Source: Candidatus Limnocylindrales bacterium
GTDB taxonomy: Bacteria > Moduliflexota > Moduliflexia > Moduliflexales > JAUQPW01
DNA length: 32,580 nt
Assembly: GCA_035559535.1 (NCBI GenBank)
Contig: DATMBG010000035.1
Location: 62,001-94,580 of the forward strand
Direction: 5' to 3'
The stretch's first letter is position 1, and each line of letters opens with the position of its first letter. Below, in pieces: positions 9,115-17,060 of this stretch. The notes under the pieces are model-generated. The model had not been told where the DNA came from. It ran no database searches and saw only the letters and a program-made list of their open reading frames with translations. The position numbers were made by a program, and so were the translations under genes.

Positions 9115-11049
9115 ATGCAAAAAACAGAGAAAAACGATCAGAGTGCTCAAATCCTTTTGGTAGATGATAATGTCGATATGTTAGAGGCCATGGCCTGCTT
9201 GTTGAGGTTAGAGGGCTATGAGGTTATAGAGGCAACGACAGGTCAGGAAGGCTTACAATTGGCTAAGGCTAAAAAGCCGGATGTGGTTTTATCAGATGTT
9301 GTACTTCCCGATATAGATGGTATGGAAGTATGCAGGCGTATTAAGGAAGATCCGGAATTAGCAGACATTTATGTGGCGTTAATTTCAGGAGTAAAAACGG
9401 CTCCGAAGGATCGAATACAGGGGTTTGATGGGGGAGCAGATGGATATCTTATACGACCTATTCAGAATCGAGAGCTGGTAGCCCAGGTAAAGGCAATGGT
9501 CCGCGTCAAGAAAGCGGAAGAGGCTCTACGAAAGAGTGAACAACGTTTTCAGCTTGTGGCACGGGCAACCAATGATGCAGTGTGGGACTGGAACTTAGAA
9601 ACCAATACTCTATGGTGGAACGAAGGAATCAAGGAACTCTTTTACTACCCTTTAGAGGAGGTTAAACCGGATATTACCTGGTGGTATGAACACATCCACC
9701 AGGAGGATCAGACGCGGGTGATTTCAGGGATCCAGAAAGCTATTCAGGAGAATAAAAGATATTGGTCCGATGAGTACCGTTATCGTCGGGCGGATGGTTC
9801 TTATGCTTATGTCTTCGATCGGGGTTATATTATTTCGGATCATCATGGGAAACCGGTACGTATGGTTGGCTCCATGATGGATATTACCGTTCGTAAACAG
9901 ATGGAAACGGCGCTGCGAGAAAGTGAAGAGCGATTCCGGGCTACCTTTGAGCAGGCCGCCGTTGGGATTGCCCACATAGCCATAGATGGTCGATGGCTAC
10001 TCGTCAATCAAAAACTCTGTGAGATCGTAGGGTACACCCGTGAAGAGTTGATGGAGAGAACTTTTCAAGATATTACCCATCCGGACGATCTGGCTGCCGA
10101 TTTCAGATATATCCAACAGGTCTTGGCTAATGAGATTCCTACTTTCTCCATGGAGAAGCGCTATCTGCGCAGGGACGGTTCCCAGGTCTGGATCAATCTG
10201 ACCGTGTCCCTGGTACGGAAACCCTCAGGAGATCCGGCGTATTTTATTGCCGTCATTGAAGATATCACCTCACGTAAGCAGGCGGAAGATCAGATCCGCA
10301 GGCTTAATGAAGAACTCGAGCAACGTGTTCTTGCGCGCACGGCCGAGCTTCAAGCAACCATTAAAGAACTTGAAGCTTTTTCCTATTCGGTCTCCCATGA
10401 TCTCCGTGCTCCTCTAAGGGCCATCCACGGCTTCTCCCGTATTCTACTGGAAGATTATGCTCCTCAGCTCTCTCCGGAGATTCAAGAATACTTACAGTGG
10501 ATAAGCCATAATGCCAGGCAGATGAGCCACCTCATAGATGATTTATTGACTTTCTCGCGTTTAAGTCGTCAAGCGATCAAAAAGCAACCGGTCACAACAA
10601 CGACCTTGATACATCAAGCGCTCACAGATTTGAACGAAGAACAAAAAGGGCGACATGTAGAGATTCGCATCGGAGACCTGCCTGATTGTCACGCTGACCC
10701 GGTCCTGCTTAAACAGGTGTTTGTTAACCTGCTTTCCAATGCCCTTAAATTTACACGCCGACAAGAGGTGGCCAGAATCGAAATCGGTTATCAGCCAGGA
10801 GACCCATCTGGTGAACAGATCTACTTCGTTAGAGATAATGGGGTGGGTTTTAATATGCAATATGCAGATAAACTCTTTGGGGTGTTTCAGCGGTTACACC
10901 CCGCTGACGAGTACGAAGGTACCGAAGTTGGATTGGCCATCGTTCGGCGAATCATCCATCGCCATGGAGGGCGAGTCTGGGCAGAAGGGGAAGTTAATAA
11001 AGGGGCCACCTTCTACTTTACACTTCCTCTCTGGGACAGAGGGACTTAG
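9115..11049 (+). CDS. REC-PAS-PAS sensor histidine kinase (Cph1-like kinase core)
   Basis: N-terminal ILLVDD receiver, two PAS/PAC domains (DIT.RK), ELEAFSYSVSHDLRAPLR, NLLSNALKF, DNGVGF, LFGVFQRLH. G2 box reads GTEVGL. Confidence 0.93.
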   Translation: MQKTEKNDQSAQILLVDDNVDMLEAMACLLRLEGYEVIEATTGQEGLQLAKAKKPDVVLSDVVLPDIDGMEVCRRIKEDPELADIYVALISGVKTAPKDRIQGFDGGADGYLIRPIQNRELVAQVKAMVRVKKAEEALRKSEQRFQLVARATNDAVWDWNLETNTLWWNEGIKELFYYPLEEVKPDITWWYEHIHQEDQTRVISGIQKAIQENKRYWSDEYRYRRADGSYAYVFDRGYIISDHHGKPVRMVGSMMDITVRKQMETALRESEERFRATFEQAAVGIAHIAIDGRWLLVNQKLCEIVGYTREELMERTFQDITHPDDLAADFRYIQQVLANEIPTFSMEKRYLRRDGSQVWINLTVSLVRKPSGDPAYFIAVIEDITSRKQAEDQIRRLNEELEQRVLARTAELQATIKELEAFSYSVSHDLRAPLRAIHGFSRILLEDYAPQLSPEIQEYLQWISHNARQMSHLIDDLLTFSRLSRQAIKKQPVTTTTLIHQALTDLNEEQKGRHVEIRIGDLPDCHADPVLLKQVFVNLLSNALKFTRRQEVARIEIGYQPGDPSGEQIYFVRDNGVGFNMQYADKLFGVFQRLHPADEYEGTEVGLAIVRRIIHRHGGRVWAEGEVNKGATFYFTLPLWDRGT

Positions 11050-11096
11050 GGACAAGGAGACATGGTGACAGGGGGATTCTCCACATCTCCTTGTCT
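11033..11096. repeat. GGGACARG-type octamer array with a short inverted arm
   Basis: gggacaga gggactta gggacaag gagacatg gtgacagg ... ccacatct ccttgtct. Confidence 0.65.
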
Positions 11097-11184
11097 TAAT
11101 GTTCCAAATAGGATAATTCTTTGACAGGATAATTACCTGAGACCACTCCTACCCTCCCTATCAAATTTGGGTTTCATAGCAGAA

Positions 11185-11205
11185 AGGCAGGTTTCAAACT
11201 TGCCC
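11185..11205. repeat. Degenerate REP-like palindrome
   Basis: aggcaggttt c aaacttgccc. Confidence 0.45.
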
Positions 11206-11285
11206 TTACCGGAGGACTTTATAAGGGTCCTATAGGAAAGGTAACTTGGTATTACCTTGTAAAGTTAATTGGGGTTATTCTCTGT

Positions 11286-11323
11286 CCTCACCCCCAGCCC
11301 CTCTCCCACAAGGAGAAAGGGGA
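11286..11323. repeat. REP-like element CCTCACCCCCAGCCCCTCTCCC...GGAGAAAGGGGA
   Basis: GC-rich hairpin with a C-rich leader, just upstream of the RBS of the receiver gene. Confidence 0.6.
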
Positions 11324-11338
11324 GTTAAGGAGCTTTTT

Positions 11339-11782
11339 ATGATTGAAAACTATGTAGAAATATTACTTATAGAAGACAATCCCAACGATGTGAGGCTGGC
11401 ACTTCATGCCTTCAAGAGAAACAACCTGACCAACCGAATCTATGTGATACGGGACGGAGCGGAAGCCCTGGAGTTTCTCTTTTGCACCGACCGATATGCT
11501 CAACGTAATCCCAGAAACGGCCCCAACCTGATTTTGCTGGATCTGAAACTTCCCTTAATCGATGGTCTGGAAGTCCTACGGCGTATCAAGGCCGATCCCA
11601 ATACCCGAACCATTCCTGTGGTTATCCTCACATCTTCCCAGGAGGAACGGGATATCGTTGAAAGCTATCAATTAGGAGTTAACAGCTATATTGTCAAACC
11701 GGTCGATTTCGAACAGTTTGTTGAAGCAGTACGTACTTTAGGATTGTACTGGGTGCTGCTGAATCATCCCCCCATACTTTAA
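11339..11782 (+). CDS. Single-domain response regulator (Rcp1-like)
   Basis: [51 protein letters not shown] supports ATG 11339. Confidence 0.93.
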   Translation: MIENYVEILLIEDNPNDVRLALHAFKRNNLTNRIYVIRDGAEALEFLFCTDRYAQRNPRNGPNLILLDLKLPLIDGLEVLRRIKADPNTRTIPVVILTSSQEERDIVESYQLGVNSYIVKPVDFEQFVEAVRTLGLYWVLLNHPPIL

Positions 11783-11849
11783 AAGCACTTTATTCCCAAA
11801 GAAGTTCCAGGAGAAAAGGCAGAAAATCATATAAAAGGAGAAAATTATC

Positions 11850-14741
11850 ATGTCCCTTCCACTTCAAGTTGTGGTACTCGAGGATCATCCGGCAGATGCT
11901 GAGTTGATGATCTATGAACTGAGCCGGGCCGGGTATAAGCCCAACTGGCAGCGCGTGGAAACTGAGGTAGATTATCTGGTTCAATTAAACTTGCGACCGG
12001 ACCTTGTTCTTGCAGATTACTTTCTACCCCAATTTAATGCGCTACAAGCCCTTCGACTTCTCCAAGAGCGTGGATTAGATATTCCCTTCATTGTTGTATC
12101 AGGTATGATCGGTGAAGATCTTGCCGTATCCATCATCAAACAAGGGGCAACCGACTATATACTTAAGGATCGACTGGCCCGATTGGGACCGGCCGTAAAG
12201 CAAGCCCTGGAGCAGAAACGACTTCGGGATGAGAAGCAAAGGATCGAAGCTGCTTTACGAGAAAGTGAGGAACGCTTTCGTTCATTGGTAGAAGGGGTGA
12301 AGGATTATGCCATTCTTATGCTGGATCCCAAGGGATATATTGTGAGCTGGAATCCAGGGGCCGAACGTATCCAGGGATACCGAACCGAGGAAATCATCGG
12401 CCAGCATTTCTCTTGCCTTTATCCCTCCGAAGAAGTTCGGAAGGGTAAACCGGTGTATGCCCTCCAGGTAGCGACAGACAAAGGTCGATACGAAGAGGAA
12501 GGCTGGCTGGTACGCAAGGATGGATCCAAATTCCTGGCCAATACAGTTATTACAGCGCTACGAGATGAGAGGGGTTGTCTGCGGGGTTTTTCCAAGGTAA
12601 CCTGCGACATTACAGAACGCAAGCGAGCAGAAGAAGCCTTGCGAGATTCAGAAGAACGATATCGACTCTTATTTGAAAGCAATCCCAATCCCATGTGGGT
12701 TTATGATATAGAAACCCTTTCTTTTCTTGCGGTCAATGAAGCCGCGATCCGTCATTATGGATATTCCCAGGAAGAATTTCGATCTATGACCCTCCAAGAT
12801 CTCCGTCCGCTGGAAGATATTCCCCTTCTTCTTGAACGTTTAAAAAGCTTAGGAGATAATCAGATCGCTTTGTGGAGACATCGAAAGAAAGATGGAACCA
12901 TCATCGAGGTGGAAACTATTTCACGCTCTTTAATGTTTGCTGGAAGACCGGCCAGACTTGTCCTGGTGAATGATATTACCCAACGTAAACAGGTGGAGGA
13001 AGCTTTAAAGAAAGCCAACACCCGACTTAACTACCTCCTTAACTACAGCCCAACGGTAATTTATAGCCTGCAGATCGAACCTGCCTCTTCCAGAGGGTCT
13101 TTTCCCATTACCTTTGTCAGTGAAAATATCCGGGCCTTACTGGGTTATGAAACTGCCGAATGTCTGACAGATCCAGACTGGTGGATTAATCACATCCATC
13201 CCGAAGATCAACCCCACGTTCTTGCCCGGCAGGCTACTATCTTTTCTCATGATTCCCTGGATTATGAATACCGTTTTCAGCACAAAGACGGGACGTATCG
13301 ATGGATCCATGACAAAATCAGAGTTGTATACAATGCTGCAGGCAGGCCCATAGACCTGGTCGGCTCGTGGATGGACATTACCGAACGTAAGCAAGCCGAA
13401 GAAATCGCCCGGTACCTGGCTTATTATGATGCCCTTACGGGTTTGCCTAATCGCATGTTATTCAACGATCGCCTCACCCTGGCCATAGCCCATGCCCACC
13501 GCAATCAACAAAAACTGGCAATTATGTTTCTTGATCTGGATCGTTTTAAAACCATTAACGATACCCTGGGTTATGCCGTGGGAGACCGCCTCCTGCAAGG
13601 TGTTGCAAAACGGTTGAGAAGCCACCTGCGTGGAGAGGACACCCTGGCCCGCCTGGGTGGCGATCGATTCATGCTGTTGTTGCCAGGAATCACCCAAGTA
13701 GAAGATGTAGCCAAGATTGCTCAAAAACTCCTCGAAGTTTTCAAATACCCCTTTTACCTCGAGGGCCACGAACTCTATCTCACTGCCAGTATCGGGATTA
13801 CTCTTTACCCCAATGATGGAGAAGATATTCAGACCCTGATGAAAAATGCAGATACAACCCTATATCGGGCCAAAGAACAGGGGCGTGATACCTATCAATT
13901 CTATACCCCCTCCATGAATGACACGGCCCTTGAACGACTGAAATTAGAACACAGTTTACGCCGGGCTTTAGAGCGGGAAGAATTTGTCATTTATTACCAG
14001 CCTCAGGTGAGCCTGAGTACCGGGAAGATCGTTGGAGTGGAAGCGCTGGTAAGATGGCAACATCCAGACCTGGGAATGATCCCTCCTATGCAGTTTATCC
14101 CCCTGGCAGAAGAAACCGGATTGATTGTACCTTTAGGACTCTGGGTCTTACGTAAGGCCTGTGCCCAAAACAAAGCCTGGCAAAAATCCGGTCTTCCAGC
14201 CTTGTGTATGGCTGTTAATATTTCTGCCCGTTTGTTTAAGCAACCTAATCTGGTAGAAACGATTGCCCGGATACTTAAAGAAACCCAACTCGATCCGAAC
14301 TATTTAGAACTGGAACTGACCGAAGGAACCATCATGGAGAATGCAGAAGTAACCATAAAAACCCTTTACCAATTGAAAGAGATGGGGGTACACTTATCGG
14401 TTGATGATTTTGGTACCGGGTACTCTTCGTTAAGTTATTTGAAACGATTTCCCATAGATACCTTAAAAATCGATCGGTCGTTTGTATTGGATATCACAAC
14501 AGATCCAGACGATGCCGCCATTGCCCTATTGATAATCAATATGGCCCATAATCTGGGGCTCAAGGTCGTTGCCGAGGGAGTCGAAACTAAAGAACAACTG
14601 GAATTTTTACGTTCCCATCACTGCGATCTGTTCCAGGGCTATCTGTTCAGCCAACCAGTATCTGCCGAAGCGTTTATAAAATTGTTGCAAGAAGAACGAC
14701 GTTTACCTTTACCCGGATTAGATAAAGTATTAAACCCCTAA
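11850..14741 (+). CDS. REC-PAS-PAS-PAS-GGDEF(degenerate)-EAL protein, likely c-di-GMP phosphodiesterase
   Basis: Receiver, three PAS domains, D.LTGLPNR, RLGGDRF, YYQP, EALVRW, ELELTE, DDFGTGYSSL, KIDRSF, AEGVE, QGY. Confidence 0.93.
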   Translation: MSLPLQVVVLEDHPADAELMIYELSRAGYKPNWQRVETEVDYLVQLNLRPDLVLADYFLPQFNALQALRLLQERGLDIPFIVVSGMIGEDLAVSIIKQGATDYILKDRLARLGPAVKQALEQKRLRDEKQRIEAALRESEERFRSLVEGVKDYAILMLDPKGYIVSWNPGAERIQGYRTEEIIGQHFSCLYPSEEVRKGKPVYALQVATDKGRYEEEGWLVRKDGSKFLANTVITALRDERGCLRGFSKVTCDITERKRAEEALRDSEERYRLLFESNPNPMWVYDIETLSFLAVNEAAIRHYGYSQEEFRSMTLQDLRPLEDIPLLLERLKSLGDNQIALWRHRKKDGTIIEVETISRSLMFAGRPARLVLVNDITQRKQVEEALKKANTRLNYLLNYSPTVIYSLQIEPASSRGSFPITFVSENIRALLGYETAECLTDPDWWINHIHPEDQPHVLARQATIFSHDSLDYEYRFQHKDGTYRWIHDKIRVVYNAAGRPIDLVGSWMDITERKQAEEIARYLAYYDALTGLPNRMLFNDRLTLAIAHAHRNQQKLAIMFLDLDRFKTINDTLGYAVGDRLLQGVAKRLRSHLRGEDTLARLGGDRFMLLLPGITQVEDVAKIAQKLLEVFKYPFYLEGHELYLTASIGITLYPNDGEDIQTLMKNADTTLYRAKEQGRDTYQFYTPSMNDTALERLKLEHSLRRALEREEFVIYYQPQVSLSTGKIVGVEALVRWQHPDLGMIPPMQFIPLAEETGLIVPLGLWVLRKACAQNKAWQKSGLPALCMAVNISARLFKQPNLVETIARILKETQLDPNYLELELTEGTIMENAEVTIKTLYQLKEMGVHLSVDDFGTGYSSLSYLKRFPIDTLKIDRSFVLDITTDPDDAAIALLIINMAHNLGLKVVAEGVETKEQLEFLRSHHCDLFQGYLFSQPVSAEAFIKLLQEERRLPLPGLDKVLNP

Positions 14742-14801
14742 AAGATCCGATGCCTATCGGTTGGCAAGGATGGAAAGACTCAATCTCAGTCAGGAGGGTT
14801 C

Positions 14802-16937
14802 ATGAAGGAACAAGAGCTAAAAATCTTGCTGGTAGAAGATGATGAAGATGATGTAATTCTGATTAAAAGTTTTATCCATTCAGAAATGAATGGGAGGAAG
14901 GTAAGTATGGATTTAGCCTCCTCTTTTCTAGAAGCTATGGCCTGCCTGGATAAGACCCGGTACGATATCTGTTTGTTTGACTACAGGTTAGGTCATGTCA
15001 ATGGCCTGGATCTCCTACGCTCGGTACGGGCCAGGGGAATTACGACTCCGGTTATTTTTCTAACCGGACAGGGGGATGAGGAAGTTGCCGTAGAGGCCAT
15101 GAAAGCCGGAGCTACAGATTATCTTATTAAGTCAAAATTATCATCTGACCTTCTCTACAAGTCGATTCGTTACGTGATGGAGTTACAGAAAAAAGAGGAA
15201 GCTTTACGGGAAGGTGAAGAACTTAACTCGCTCATATTGAACTCATTAACCTCCCTTATTGCCGTTTTAGACAAAGAAGGAAATATTATAGCCGTTAACA
15301 AAACCTGGGAACATTTTGCCTTTAAAAATGGGAATAATTTCCCTTCCTGTGCCGGAGTCGGTATAAATTACCTAAAAGTTTGCAGGCAGGCAGCCGAGGC
15401 CGGTATAGAGGGAGCCCGGAAGGCACTGGTTGGTACCCAGGCTGTATTGAACGGCTCTCAAACTCAATTTACCCTGGAATACTCTTTTCACTCCTCCGGG
15501 AAAGAACTCTGGTTTTTAATGCGGGTGACCCGACTGGCAGGTAAACATGGCGGTGTCGTGGTTACCCATACGGACATTACCGAGCGAAAACAGGCCGAGG
15601 AAACCATTCGATATCTGGCGTATCATGATGCCCTCACGAACTTACCCAATCGTACTTTATTCAACGACCGTATTGCTTTGGCTATGGCCCAGGCACACCG
15701 CAATCAGCACAAGCTGGCGGTTATGTTCCTGGATCTGGATCGCTTTAAAATCATCAACGATACGTTGGGACACTCCATAGGAGATAAACTCTTACAAGAT
15801 GTTGCGCGACGTTTGACCGCTTGCCTCCGGGAAGGGGATACGGTAGCCCGTCTGGGAGGCGATGAGTTTTTGGTGTTGTTACCGAAAGTCGATCAGGTAG
15901 AAGATGTTGCCAAGATGGCCGAAAGGATCCTCGAAATTTTCAAGACTCCCTTTCGTCTCGATAACCACGAGCTTTTTATATCTTCCAGTATCGGAATTAC
16001 CCTTTATCCCGGTGATGGGGATAATGTACAGACCTTGTTGAAAAATGCAGATACCGCTTTAAACCGTGCTAAGGCCCAGGGTCGTAATATCTACCAGTTC
16101 TATACCTCGACCATGAACGCCAGGGCCTTTGAAAGGGTGATATTGGAAAGTGGGCTTCGCCGTGCATTGGAACAGGAGGAATTTATAGTCTATTACCAGC
16201 CCCAGATAAGTCTTCATACCGGACAGATTGTTGGGATGGAGGTTCTGCTGCGTTGGCAGCATCCGGATTTGGGATTGATCCCTCCCATGAAGTTTATTCC
16301 TCTGGCCGAAGATACCGGCTTAATCGTCCAACTGGGGGAATGGGTCCTGCGTACGGCATGTGCTCAAAATAAAGCCTGGCAACAAGCAGGTTTCCCCCCC
16401 CTGTGTGTATCGGTTAACCTCTCGTCCCGGCTGTTCAAACAACAAAATTTAATCCAGCTTATTGACCGAATATTAAAGGAAACTCAACTGGATCCTCACT
16501 ATCTGGATTTGGAATTAACAGAAGGAACCGCCATGGAAAATGCTGAGGTAGCCATTATCACCCTGCGAGAACTAAAGAAAATGGGAGTGCGGCTATCGAT
16601 GGATGATTTTGGGACAGGATACTCTTCGTTAAGTTATTTGAAACGATTTCCTATAGATAGGTTGAAAATAGATCGATCCTTTGTCTTGAATATTACCGTA
16701 AACCCCGATGACGCCGTCATTGCTATGCTGATTATCAATATGGCCCACAATCTGAATCTGAAGGTAATTGCCGAGGGGGTAGAAACCGAAGAGCAGCTAT
16801 CTTTCTTGCGGCTTCATCATTGCGACGAAATCCAGGGTTTTATCTTTAGTCAACCTGTACCTGCCGAGGTATTTACCAGGTTCCTGGAAGAAAAACGATG
16901 CCTACTGCCTGAAAATCCAGATAAAACCGAAAAATAA
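14802..16937 (+). CDS. REC-PAS-GGDEF-EAL bifunctional diguanylate cyclase/phosphodiesterase
   Basis: Receiver, PAS, intact RLGGDEF with REGD I-site, EVLLRW, DDFGTGYSSL, AEGVE. Confidence 0.93.
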   Translation: MKEQELKILLVEDDEDDVILIKSFIHSEMNGRKVSMDLASSFLEAMACLDKTRYDICLFDYRLGHVNGLDLLRSVRARGITTPVIFLTGQGDEEVAVEAMKAGATDYLIKSKLSSDLLYKSIRYVMELQKKEEALREGEELNSLILNSLTSLIAVLDKEGNIIAVNKTWEHFAFKNGNNFPSCAGVGINYLKVCRQAAEAGIEGARKALVGTQAVLNGSQTQFTLEYSFHSSGKELWFLMRVTRLAGKHGGVVVTHTDITERKQAEETIRYLAYHDALTNLPNRTLFNDRIALAMAQAHRNQHKLAVMFLDLDRFKIINDTLGHSIGDKLLQDVARRLTACLREGDTVARLGGDEFLVLLPKVDQVEDVAKMAERILEIFKTPFRLDNHELFISSSIGITLYPGDGDNVQTLLKNADTALNRAKAQGRNIYQFYTSTMNARAFERVILESGLRRALEQEEFIVYYQPQISLHTGQIVGMEVLLRWQHPDLGLIPPMKFIPLAEDTGLIVQLGEWVLRTACAQNKAWQQAGFPPLCVSVNLSSRLFKQQNLIQLIDRILKETQLDPHYLDLELTEGTAMENAEVAIITLRELKKMGVRLSMDDFGTGYSSLSYLKRFPIDRLKIDRSFVLNITVNPDDAVIAMLIINMAHNLNLKVIAEGVETEEQLSFLRLHHCDEIQGFIFSQPVPAEVFTRFLEEKRCLLPENPDKTEK

Positions 16938-17060
16938 ATGGCTCTCCTACCTTAATAGTTATATTTTCCCTGATCAACCTTATAAAAGAGAGAGTCTGAA
17001 AATTTCATGGAGATGAATTTTATAAAATCCATCAGAATGAAGATAAACAGGTGATTATCG

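Noticed and set aside
9115-11049. Phytochrome call, given the Cph1/Rcp1-like pairing
   Set aside because: There is no PAS-GAF-PHY photosensory module; only the kinase core is similar.
11246-11338. N-terminal extension of the Rcp1-like ORF (similar extensions at 789, 7393 and 28416)
   Set aside because: The extensions translate repeat, promoter or overlapping DNA. Downstream ATGs fit the RBS or the family start better.
8670-17060. c-di-GMP riboswitch in spacers around the GGDEF/EAL genes
   Set aside because: No recognisable class I or II aptamer core by eye. An Rfam scan would be decisive.
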